Shown here in pieces: positions 55,811 to 63,778 of a stretch of 64,000 bases of DNA. The DNA lies in assembly GCA_038254115.1 (NCBI GenBank), contig JBBSGK010000002.1, forward strand, positions 5,589-69,588. The letters are read 5' to 3'. The DNA is from Candidatus Levyibacteriota bacterium. Its GTDB lineage: Bacteria; Patescibacteriota; Microgenomatia; Levybacterales; UBA12049. The stretch's first letter is position 1. Every line of letters begins with the position of its first letter. Made by a program: the position numbers and the translations under genes. The notes under the pieces were generated by a model. It was given only the letters and a program-made list of their open reading frames with translations. It was not told where the DNA came from and searched no databases.

Positions 55811-56641
55811 ATGACAAAATCACTTATCGAAAGACAACCGGATGGAACAATAAAGCTAACAATAACAATTCCCCAAGAATTGATTGGCAAAATGCGGGAA
55901 AAAGCTATAATAGCCGCAAGCAGACAGGCAAGTGTTCCCGGGTTTAGAAAAGGAAAAGCTCCGGAAAAATTGGTTGAGGAAAAACTCAATAAAGAACAGA
56001 TAAAAGAAGACGTTCTGAAAGAGCTGATTCCCATGCATTACCAGCAAGCGGTTATGGAACATCAACTTAGACCAATTATGAACCCTAAAATTCATATAGA
56101 TAAGATCGAAGAGGACAAGGATTGGGTATTTGAAGCAATAACCTGCGAGGCGCCGAGCGTTGAAACAGGGGATTACAAAAAAAATGTCCAAAAGATAACG
56201 GCCAAAAGCAAAATTATTATTCCCGGAAAAGAAGTCCAAAAACCTTCTTTTGAAGAGATTGCCAAGGCTGTTCTTGAGACCTCGACTGTCAAAGTCCCCG
56301 GAATATTGCTTGAGCAGGAGACAGACAGACTCCTGGCGCAATTATTGAATGACATTAAAAAACTTGGGCTCAATCTGGAGCAATATCTTGCCTCAACCAA
56401 GCGGACTCCCGATGATCTTAGAGCTGAGTATGCCAAAAGAGCAGAAGATGATATGAAACTGGAATTTGTACTGCAAAAAATTGCAGAACTGGAAAAAATA
56501 ACAGTTGAAGAAAAAGAAATTGAAGAGGCAATCCAGAAAGCAAAATCACCGGAGGAAAAACAGAATTTGGAGAATAATAAATATCTATTGGCAGCCATTC
56601 TCCGTCAACAGAAAACGCTTGATTTTTTGATGGGTTTGTGA
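55811..56641 (+). CDS. tig: Trigger factor, minimal form (ribosome-binding N-domain + C-domain, no PPIase domain)
   Basis: Ribosome-docking signature GFRKGKAP in the N-domain. 276 aa against about 430 for full-length. No FKBP-like segment. Confidence 0.7.
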   Translation: MTKSLIERQPDGTIKLTITIPQELIGKMREKAIIAASRQASVPGFRKGKAPEKLVEEKLNKEQIKEDVLKELIPMHYQQAVMEHQLRPIMNPKIHIDKIEEDKDWVFEAITCEAPSVETGDYKKNVQKITAKSKIIIPGKEVQKPSFEEIAKAVLETSTVKVPGILLEQETDRLLAQLLNDIKKLGLNLEQYLASTKRTPDDLRAEYAKRAEDDMKLEFVLQKIAELEKITVEEKEIEEAIQKAKSPEEKQNLENNKYLLAAILRQQKTLDFLMGL

Positions 56642-56656
56642 TAGAATCACGTTGCT

Positions 56657-57322
56657 ATGGCAGGCAAAGTATCAAAAAAGGGTTTAATAAGAAATTCGCT
56701 TGAAGCAGTAACCAATATTGGCGATGCATCCGGCGTTGTGAGAGGTGCCGCGTCTTCCCTGGTAAATGACTTAGCGCTTGACGGCGGCAAAGACTTTTTA
56801 AGTTTTTTAGGAATGGATGTGGCATCAAAAGATAAGAAAGATTCTGATAAATCCTCACAGGAATCCCCCAACACTGAAACAGGCTCAATAGACATTGTCA
56901 ACTTCCAGGAAAAAGCCAAAAAAGTTGAGCAGCACGTTGAAGCAGCTATTGATTATCACCGCGATATCCTAAGATCTAGTGAGCGGATCTCCAAGCAGGA
57001 AATTCAATCCCTCAGCAATCAAGTAGAACAAATAAAAATGGAGATTCAGTCGCTTATTGCATCAACTAAAGAGATTCAAATGGAATTCTCCCAAGTAACT
57101 ATGGAACAACACGCTGAAAATGTGGGAACTTATCACACTAACTTCTTTGAGTGGATGATCATCATGATACGTGATGCCCGAAAAAAAGTTGAAGAATCAT
57201 CCAACTGGCTAAATGCGCAAAAAGGTAAAGGACAGAAAAAAGGTTATTGGGGAATGTTCAAGAAGCACGGTACCAGTTTTGCATTATCAAACGAACGTGG
57301 AGTTGCAACCCAAGTTGGATAA
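56657..57322 (+). CDS. Hypothetical coiled-coil protein
   Basis: 221 aa, central heptad region (ISKQEIQSLSNQVEQIKMEIQSLIASTKEIQMEF). No known family. Confidence 0.45.
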   Translation: MAGKVSKKGLIRNSLEAVTNIGDASGVVRGAASSLVNDLALDGGKDFLSFLGMDVASKDKKDSDKSSQESPNTETGSIDIVNFQEKAKKVEQHVEAAIDYHRDILRSSERISKQEIQSLSNQVEQIKMEIQSLIASTKEIQMEFSQVTMEQHAENVGTYHTNFFEWMIIMIRDARKKVEESSNWLNAQKGKGQKKGYWGMFKKHGTSFALSNERGVATQVG

Positions 57323-57330
57323 TTCTTCCG

Positions 57331-57457
57331 TTGACATACCTTAAGTGCATTGATATGATCTATTTAATGACTATAAAAAATATCAGTATTAAAATTATAA
57401 CTTCATAACGGAGAGGTCATTGCATAGCCTTTGAACCTCCCGGACGGGAGTTTTTTT
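57331..57457 (+). promoter_or_regulatory. ilvA control region: TTGACA-N17-TGATATGAT promoter, leaderless Ile-rich leader peptide MTIKNISIKIITS (57367-57408), CUCCC-GGAC-GGGAG hairpin + U7 whose 3' arm is the ilvA Shine-Dalgarno sequence
   Basis: Read directly. Leader has 5 Ile in 13 codons. The hairpin at 57437-57450 is followed by ttttttt and the ATG at 57458. Confidence 0.55.
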
Positions 57458-58705
57458 ATGGATAAAATCACAGTAAACACAATAGAGGAAGCTGCAAAAA
57501 CGCTTGACGGTGTTGTCAGCAATACGCCTCTGCAGTACAATCCTAGACTTTCAGCGGAGTTTAATTGCGATTTATACATCAAACGCGAAGATCTTCAAGA
57601 CGTACGGTCCTTTAAAATAAGAGGCGCATACAACAAGATTAATTCCCTAAAACAAACGGAGCGGAAACGGGGAATCGTAGCGGCCAGTACAGGCAATCAT
57701 GCGCAAGGCGTTGCTTACAGCTGCTTTCTTCTCAAAATAAAGGGAGTAATCTTCATGCCAACGGTAATATCCAATCAAAAAATTGATAAAGTAAAGCACT
57801 TCGGAGGTAAATATGTTGAGATCAAATTAATTGGCAAAACATTTGATGAGGCAGTGGACGCAGCGCGCAAATATTGTAAGGCTCACAATGCTGTTTTTAT
57901 TCACCCTTTTGATGATCCTTTGACAATATCCGGTCAAGGAACAGTGGGAAAAGAGATTTACGATAATTTGAAAGGTAAAGTTGATGTAGTAATCTCCCCG
58001 ATTGGCGGAGGAGGCCTTATCTCAGGTGTTGCCACTTATGTCAAAGGCAAGAAAAAAGAAGTAAAAGTTTTTGGAGTCGAGGCAAAGGGCGCTGCGAGCA
58101 TGGCAGAATCTTTAAAGCAGGACAAAATTGTTTCACTTGGAACATTTGATACTTTTGTCGATGGCGCTGCTGTCAATAAGGTGGGTCATTTGCCTTATCA
58201 AATTTGCTCTGAATTGGTGGAAAATGTACATATTGCCGAGGTTGGAAAAGTCTGCACTACAATGATTGACTTGTATCAAAATGAAGGGATAATCACGGAG
58301 CCGGCAGGCGCTTTGTCTCTGTCTGTTCTTGACGAACTAAGAGCCGAAATCAAAGGTAAAACGGTAGTATGCATACTTAGTGGCGGGAATAATGATATCT
58401 TGCGGTATCCTGAAATAATGGAAAAAAGTTTGGTGTACAAAGGGTTAAAGCACTATTTTCTGGTAGAATTCGCGCAGAAACCGGGACAATTGAAGCAATT
58501 TCTTAATAATGCGCTTGGGCCTCGGGATGACATCGTGCTTTTTGAATACATAAAAAGAAATTCACGGGAAAAAGGCCCCGCTCTAATTGGAGTAGAGCTA
58601 AGTAAAAAAGAAGATCTTGCCACACTTCTTGACAATATGGATAAATTGCAGATATTATATACAAAGATTACGAGCGATGACCCGCTATATGGTTTTATAT
58701 TATGA
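57458..58705 (+). CDS. ilvA: Threonine ammonia-lyase (biosynthetic threonine dehydratase) with C-terminal regulatory domain
   Basis: PLP-lysine motif SFKIRGAYNKI, GGGGLISG glycine loop, C-terminal ACT-like domain. Followed by ridA. Confidence 0.85.
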   Translation: MDKITVNTIEEAAKTLDGVVSNTPLQYNPRLSAEFNCDLYIKREDLQDVRSFKIRGAYNKINSLKQTERKRGIVAASTGNHAQGVAYSCFLLKIKGVIFMPTVISNQKIDKVKHFGGKYVEIKLIGKTFDEAVDAARKYCKAHNAVFIHPFDDPLTISGQGTVGKEIYDNLKGKVDVVISPIGGGGLISGVATYVKGKKKEVKVFGVEAKGAASMAESLKQDKIVSLGTFDTFVDGAAVNKVGHLPYQICSELVENVHIAEVGKVCTTMIDLYQNEGIITEPAGALSLSVLDELRAEIKGKTVVCILSGGNNDILRYPEIMEKSLVYKGLKHYFLVEFAQKPGQLKQFLNNALGPRDDIVLFEYIKRNSREKGPALIGVELSKKEDLATLLDNMDKLQILYTKITSDDPLYGFIL

Positions 58706-59079
58706 AAGATGTATTTACAAATGCTGCTCCCGCTTCGGTAGGCCCATATGCACAAGCTATTATAAGTAATGGCCTAGTCTTCTGCTCCGGTCAAATTGGC
58801 CTTGACCCAAAATCAGGTGAATTAAAAGGCGCAGACATAATCTCTCAAACATCCCAGGCAATCTTTAATCTAAAAGCTGTTATTGAAGCAGGAGGAAGCA
58901 ATCTTCAATACGTAGTCAAAACAACCTGCTATCTAACCGATTTGGCAGACTATCAAAAATTTAATGAGATTTATAACAAATATTTTGTTGAGCAGCCCGC
59001 CCGTGCAACTGTACAGGTCGCTAAGCTCCCCAAAGACGCGCTTGTTGAGATAGAAGCCATTGCTGAAGTCATTGTATGA
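58702..59079 (+). CDS. ridA: RidA/YjgF-family reactive enamine/imine deaminase
   Basis: 125 aa. APASVGPYAQAI...VFCSGQIGLDP...ARATVQVAKLP...VEIEAIA. ATGA overlap with ilvA. Confidence 0.8.
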   Translation: MKDVFTNAAPASVGPYAQAIISNGLVFCSGQIGLDPKSGELKGADIISQTSQAIFNLKAVIEAGGSNLQYVVKTTCYLTDLADYQKFNEIYNKYFVEQPARATVQVAKLPKDALVEIEAIAEVIV

Positions 59080-60158
59080 TACAGAAGAATAGGCTGGTTG
59101 AAACTTTCCTCGAACTTGTACAAATTGATAGCCCCTCAGGAGAAGAAAAAGAAATTTCAAAACTGATCGCGGCAAAACTTAATAAGCTGGGTGGAGCTAC
59201 GGAATTTGATAGTTATGGCAATATAATTGCCAGATTCGATGGAGTAGGTATTCCATGTATGCTCAACGCTCATTTGGACACAGTAGATCCGGGGCGGGGG
59301 ATCAAACCACACGTAACCGGGGAGAAAATTACCTCAGATGGAACAACAATTTTAGGCGCAGACGATAAAGCGGGACTTGCAATAATTATTGAAACATTAG
59401 CCTCACTAGTTGAAGAAAATAAGTCTCACGTTCCCCTTGAAATCGTACTGACACTTGGTGAAGAGGTGGGACTATTGGGAGCTGTAAATTTGGATTATTC
59501 CAAAGTAAAAGCAAAAATAGGCGTCACTTTTGATATGGCCGGAGGTGTGGAAAATATTACAACAGCTGCGCCGGGATATGCAAGAGTTGATGTGACTGTC
59601 ACCGGGCGCTCGGCCCACGCAGGCTTTGAACCCGAAAAAGGAATATCCGCCATAAAGATCATTTCAGAAATCATATCACAGCTTGAAGTTGGGAGGATTG
59701 ATGATGAAACAACAGCCAATGTGGGACTTATTGAAGGCGGGTCAGCAAGAAATGCAGTACCTGAAACTGCGCATTTTAAAGCAGAAATCAGAAGCCGCAA
59801 TCTAAAAAAACTGGAAGGACATAAGTTACATTTCGAAAAAGTTTTAAAAGATGTTCTCCTAAAGCATCCAGATGCAAAAATTGACTTGAATTCTCATACC
59901 GAATTTGACCCATATTTATTTAAAGAATCATACCATGTCATACAACGCGTTGTTAAAACACTTAAAAAAATGGGGCTGGAACCACATCTCGTGCCCTCAG
60001 GAGGAGGCGCGGACGTAAATATTTTTCATAAACATGGAATTGAGACATTATGCATTGGCGCCGGCTTTTACAATCCACATACAACACGTGAATATGTGCT
60101 TATCCATGAACTAGTAAATGGAGCAAAATTTTGCGAAAAATTTGTTCTAACTGATTAA
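59076..60158 (+). CDS. M20-family metallopeptidase, peptidase T (PepT)-like
   Basis: HLDTVDPG, GADDKAGLA and GEEVGLLGA metal-ligand motifs. About 360 aa. Confidence 0.65.
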   Translation: MIQKNRLVETFLELVQIDSPSGEEKEISKLIAAKLNKLGGATEFDSYGNIIARFDGVGIPCMLNAHLDTVDPGRGIKPHVTGEKITSDGTTILGADDKAGLAIIIETLASLVEENKSHVPLEIVLTLGEEVGLLGAVNLDYSKVKAKIGVTFDMAGGVENITTAAPGYARVDVTVTGRSAHAGFEPEKGISAIKIISEIISQLEVGRIDDETTANVGLIEGGSARNAVPETAHFKAEIRSRNLKKLEGHKLHFEKVLKDVLLKHPDAKIDLNSHTEFDPYLFKESYHVIQRVVKTLKKMGLEPHLVPSGGGADVNIFHKHGIETLCIGAGFYNPHTTREYVLIHELVNGAKFCEKFVLTD

Positions 60159-60202
60159 TTAAGCTGCTCTATATCAGTTGTGCTATAATTTGTTTTAGGT
60201 TC

Positions 60203-60276
60203 GGGCTCATAGCTCAGTTGGTTAGAGCGTTACATTGACATTGTAAAGGTCAGAGGTTCGACTCCTCTTGGGCCCA
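60203..60276 (+). tRNA. tRNA-Val (anticodon GAC)
   Basis: GGGCTCATAGCTCAGTTGGTTAGAGCGTTACATTGACATTGTAAAGGTCAGAGGTTCGACTCCTCTTGGGCCCA. Extended -10 TGCTATAAT upstream. Confidence 0.8.
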
Positions 60277-60307
60277 CAAATATTTAAATAAATGGTATAC
60301 TAAACAC

Positions 60308-60538
60308 ATGAATCAGCCATACGAAAAATCAAGTCTCAGGCTTTCAAAAAAAGAGATTATATTCAATAACATATTGGGTGGGATCAGCTGGGCTTTTGGC
60401 GCAACGATTGGACTTGGTCTTATATTTACACTTTTGGGAATAATTGGAAAAAATGTTAATCTTGTGCCGTATGTTGGTTCGTTTGTGTCAAAGATTATTG
60501 ACTTCGTACTCGCTACAAATCCTCACCTCCAAAGATAA
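60308..60538 (+). CDS. Small hypothetical membrane protein
   Basis: 76 aa with one or two hydrophobic spans (ILGGISWAFGATIGLGLIFTLLGIIG). Confidence 0.4.
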   Translation: MNQPYEKSSLRLSKKEIIFNNILGGISWAFGATIGLGLIFTLLGIIGKNVNLVPYVGSFVSKIIDFVLATNPHLQR

Positions 60539-60582
60539 CTCCTCTCTTTATAATTAGTCACAATTAAGATATAATCCAGAGT

Positions 60583-62316
60583 ATGGATAAACAAAATTTG
60601 GAACATCTCAGACATTCTACAGCTCATCTTTTGGCCGCAGCGGTGCTGGGCCTTTATCCTGAAACGAAGCGGGCAATTGGTCCGGCAATTGAATCCGGAT
60701 TTTACTATGATTTTGACTTCAAAGAACCACTAAGCGAAGAAGATTTACCAAAGATAGAAAAGAAAATGGAAGAGATTCTTAAGAGTTGGAATAGTTTTGA
60801 AAAAAAAGAAATAAGCGTTGAGGAAGCAAATAAGGAGTTTAAAAACGAACCATATAAATTGGAACTTATAGAAGAATTTTCAAAAGAAGGAAAGCTTTTA
60901 ACAATTTATAAAAGCGGCGATTATGATGATCTATGCAAAGGGGGACACTCTAAAAATCCGCAAAAGGAAATAGGCGCTTTTAAGTTATTGTCAATTGCGG
61001 GCGCATATTGGAAAGGTTCTGAAAAAAACAAAATGCTCACAAGAATTTATGGAACAGCATTCGCGACAAAAAAAGAGCTGGATGAATATCTTGCGATGCT
61101 TGAGGAGGCTAAAAAGCGGGACCATAGAAAAATTGGAAGAGAGCTGGATCTTTTCGTGATATCTAATTTAGTAGGTGCAGGATTGCCTCTTTTTACACCC
61201 AAGGGGACACTACTTCGTGACTTATTAGCTGAGTTTTCTGAATCGCTTCAAAAAAAGTATGGATATCAAAAAGTTTGGATTCCCCATATTGCCAAAACAG
61301 ATCTCTACAAAAAATCAGGCCACTGGGATAAATTTGGTGATGAATTATTCCTTGTTAAAAGCCAGGAAACAGATGATCAATTTGTTATGAAGCCTATGAA
61401 CTGCCCTCATCATATTCAGATTTATGAATCCCGCCCTCGAAGCTATCGTGAGCTACCTATTCGATATATGGAAACAACTACAGTTTACCGTGACGAAAAA
61501 GCAGGAGAATTATCTGGAATCTCACGCGTGCGCTCCCTTACGCAAGACGACGCACATGCTTTCTGCAAGATGGATCAAATTGAGCAAGAATTTGAAAATA
61601 TAATGACCATGATTAAAACACTGTACGGATCGCTTAACATGAAGTTTAAAGCTCGTTTATCGTTTAGGGATGATTCAGACAAATATCTCGGAGATAAAAA
61701 AAATTGGGATGTTTCGGAAAAAATTATTGAAGACGTTGCAAAAAAACTAGACATAAACTATGTAGCAGTAAAAGGTGAAGCTGCATTTTATGGACCAAAG
61801 ATTGATATCATGGTAGTTGATGCGTTGGGACGCGAATGGCAATGTGCAACTGAACAGCTCGATTTTGTACAGCCAGAGCGGTTTGGAATAAAATATATTG
61901 ATGCAGACGGACAGGAAAAAAATCCGGTTATGATTCACAAAGCCTTGCTCGGATCCATCGAAAGATTTCTGTCTGTTTATATTGAGCATACGAGCGGATC
62001 ATTTCCTACTTGGCTTTCACCTGTGCAAGTTTCAATTCTTGCAATTGCTGACAGACACAATGAATATGCCCAAAAGGTTAATCAACAGTTAAAGGACGCT
62101 GGAATCCGTTCAGAAGTTGATACGAGGTCTGAACGGCTCCAGGCCAAGATAAGAGATGCTGCTTTACAAAAAGTACCATTTATGGGTATAATAGGGGATA
62201 AAGAAACAGACACCAAAGAGGTATCTGTCAGAATTCGTGGCGGAGAAGACTTGGGATCGCTCACTGTTGACTCCTTAATTAATAAGTTACAAGAAAAAAT
62301 TGATAAGAAAATATAA
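60583..62316 (+). CDS. thrS: Threonyl-tRNA synthetase, form lacking the N-terminal TGS domain
   Basis: Starts at the HxxxH editing-domain motif (HSTAHLLAAAV). Class II motifs 2 and 3 (...YRDE..GELSGISRVRSLTQDDAH..., ...GPKIDIMV...). C-terminal anticodon-binding domain. A TATAAT lies 7 nt before the ATG (leaderless). Confidence 0.85.
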   Translation: MDKQNLEHLRHSTAHLLAAAVLGLYPETKRAIGPAIESGFYYDFDFKEPLSEEDLPKIEKKMEEILKSWNSFEKKEISVEEANKEFKNEPYKLELIEEFSKEGKLLTIYKSGDYDDLCKGGHSKNPQKEIGAFKLLSIAGAYWKGSEKNKMLTRIYGTAFATKKELDEYLAMLEEAKKRDHRKIGRELDLFVISNLVGAGLPLFTPKGTLLRDLLAEFSESLQKKYGYQKVWIPHIAKTDLYKKSGHWDKFGDELFLVKSQETDDQFVMKPMNCPHHIQIYESRPRSYRELPIRYMETTTVYRDEKAGELSGISRVRSLTQDDAHAFCKMDQIEQEFENIMTMIKTLYGSLNMKFKARLSFRDDSDKYLGDKKNWDVSEKIIEDVAKKLDINYVAVKGEAAFYGPKIDIMVVDALGREWQCATEQLDFVQPERFGIKYIDADGQEKNPVMIHKALLGSIERFLSVYIEHTSGSFPTWLSPVQVSILAIADRHNEYAQKVNQQLKDAGIRSEVDTRSERLQAKIRDAALQKVPFMGIIGDKETDTKEVSVRIRGGEDLGSLTVDSLINKLQEKIDKKI

Positions 62317-62884
62317 ACCAACTCTCAGGAAAACGTATAGACTCAATCAACGTATTTTTGCGTCACCACTAAGAGTACTGGACGTAGAAGGAAAATTGAT
62401 TGGTGTTCTTTCAAAATTTGAAGCACTAAAACTTGCCCAAGAGCAGGAATTGGATTTGGTCGAGATCGCGCCAAAGGCAAATCCTCCTGTTGCAAAGATA
62501 GTTGATTTTAATAAATTTCTCTATCAACAGGAAAAAAAGAAAAAAGAAGAAAAGAAAAAGGCAAAAGTAAGTGAAACCAAAGAAATAAGACTTGGCCCTT
62601 TTATGTCTGACAATGACTTGCAGGTCATGATAAGACGCGGGAAAGGATTTTTGGAAGAAGGACATAAATTACGGATGGTTGTAAAATTTAGGGGGCGCCA
62701 AATTGTACATCCTGAATTCGGACGGGAGATTGTAAATAAGGTAATAAAATCGCTTGGAAGTCTTTCAAAAGTGGACCGGGAACCGCACTTTGAAGGGAAA
62801 CAATTAGTCACTCTGCTATCAGCAGATAAAGGAAAAAAACATGATGACACCGGATCTCAACAAACTGTAGCAAGTACGGAATAA
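62300..62884 (+). CDS. infC: Translation initiation factor IF-3 (start uncertain; probable internal AUU start near 62354)
   Basis: LIGVLSKFEALKLAQEQELDLVEIAP...IRLGPFMSDNDLQVMIRRGKGFLEEGHKLRMVVKFRGRQIVHPEFG. The first in-frame TTG overlaps the thrS end. IF-3 genes classically use AUU, and an ATT at 62354 would give about 176 aa. Confidence 0.75.
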   Translation: MIRKYKPTLRKTYRLNQRIFASPLRVLDVEGKLIGVLSKFEALKLAQEQELDLVEIAPKANPPVAKIVDFNKFLYQQEKKKKEEKKKAKVSETKEIRLGPFMSDNDLQVMIRRGKGFLEEGHKLRMVVKFRGRQIVHPEFGREIVNKVIKSLGSLSKVDREPHFEGKQLVTLLSADKGKKHDDTGSQQTVASTE

Positions 62885-62902
62885 AATTTATTAAAAATAA
62901 TT

Positions 62903-63115
62903 ATGAAGAAGGCAATGAAAACAAAGCAAAAAGCAAAAGGGTCTGTCAGCAAAAGATTTAAAGTGACCAAAACCGGTAAAGTAAAATTTGCCCATCAATA
63001 TGGCAGTCACAAAAAGCTGCACAAATCAAAAAGCAGAATAAGACGTCAAAAAGAACCGGGTGAGTTGACGGGTGCATTTGCAAAAAAAGTCAAACAAATG
63101 CTGGGAGTGGCGTAG
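62903..63115 (+). CDS. rpmI: Ribosomal protein L35
   Basis: MKTKQKAKGSVSKRFKVTKTGKVKFAHQYGSHKK matches the basic L35 family signature. Confidence 0.85.
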   Translation: MKKAMKTKQKAKGSVSKRFKVTKTGKVKFAHQYGSHKKLHKSKSRIRRQKEPGELTGAFAKKVKQMLGVA

Positions 63116-63195
63116 GAGAAGCTTTTAGCTTATAGCAGCTAGCATCTAGTTTTATCTAGACGCTAGACGCTAATATACTAGATGCTAATAAAATT

Positions 63196-63546
63196 ATGGC
63201 AAGAATTAAAAGAGGAACTGTATCAAAAAGAAGACACAACAAATTGTTGGATCTGACAAAGGGCTTCAGGGGAACAAAAAGTACCCTTGTGAGAGAAGCA
63301 AAAGCAGCCAGTCTTCATGCCGGCCAATACGCGTACAACGGCCGGAAAGAGCGGAAAAGTGATTTCCGGTCTCTCTGGATCATCCGGATTGGAGAAGCTG
63401 CCAAACAACAGGGCATATCATACAGCGTTTTTATTAACAAACTTAAAAAAGCCAATATCGAGCTTGACCGGAAAATCCTAAGCAGCTTAGTTGCGGAAGA
63501 TCCCGCAGCTTTTAAGCAAGTTGTTGACTTAGCCAAAAAAGTGTAG
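63196..63546 (+). CDS. rplT: Ribosomal protein L20
   Basis: MARIKRGTVSKRRHNKLLDLTKGFRG... matches the canonical L20 N-terminus. Confidence 0.9.
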   Translation: MARIKRGTVSKRRHNKLLDLTKGFRGTKSTLVREAKAASLHAGQYAYNGRKERKSDFRSLWIIRIGEAAKQQGISYSVFINKLKKANIELDRKILSSLVAEDPAAFKQVVDLAKKV

Positions 63547-63559
63547 TATAAATAAGCCT

Positions 63560-63637
63560 ATGAGCTCGTCAGAACAGAAAAATTGGTTTTACTTTTACTT
63601 TACTTCCCAATCCGGGAGGTTGAGTCGCGGTTTATAA
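63560..63637 (+). CDS. Aromatic-rich leader peptide MSSSEQKNWFYFYFTSQSGRLSRGL (aroB attenuator)
   Basis: 25 codons with six consecutive aromatic residues (WFYFYF). A TTGACT-N17-TATAAA promoter (63524-63552) ends 7 nt before the ATG. Codons 19-21 (GGGAGGTT) are complementary to ACCUCCC of the downstream terminator. Confidence 0.6.
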   Translation: MSSSEQKNWFYFYFTSQSGRLSRGL

Positions 63638-63664
63638 CTAAAAGTAAATAAACCAAAACACAAC

Positions 63665-63688
63665 ACCTCCCACAAGGGAGGTTTTTTT
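63665..63688 (+). terminator. Intrinsic terminator ACCUCCC-ACAA-GGGAGGU + U7 (aroB attenuator; also terminates rplT)
   Basis: Read directly: acacctcccacaagggaggttttttt. Confidence 0.75.
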
Positions 63689-63778
63689 ATGCAAAAATCA
63701 TTAACACAGGAAGAATTTGATATACTGATGAAAGAAACGAAGTTGATTTCCAAAGATCCTGCATATATACAAATATGA
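63689..63778 (+). CDS. 29-codon upstream ORF (MQKSLTQEEFDILMKETKLISKDPAYIQI) translationally coupled to aroB by an ATGA overlap
   Basis: Starts directly after the terminator U-tract. Its TGA stop overlaps the aroB ATG. No SD precedes aroB. Confidence 0.4.
   Translation: MQKSLTQEEFDILMKETKLISKDPAYIQI

Noticed and set aside
55856-56598. Minus-strand ORFs 55856-56341 and 56173-56598
   Set aside because: They are antisense to trigger factor. Their low-complexity translations indicate shadows.
52350-63700. T-box riboswitches upstream of ilv, leu, thrS and cysS
   Set aside because: No T-box consensus (AATTAGGGTGGNACCGCG-type) or specifier-loop architecture was seen. Leader-peptide attenuators explain the leaders.
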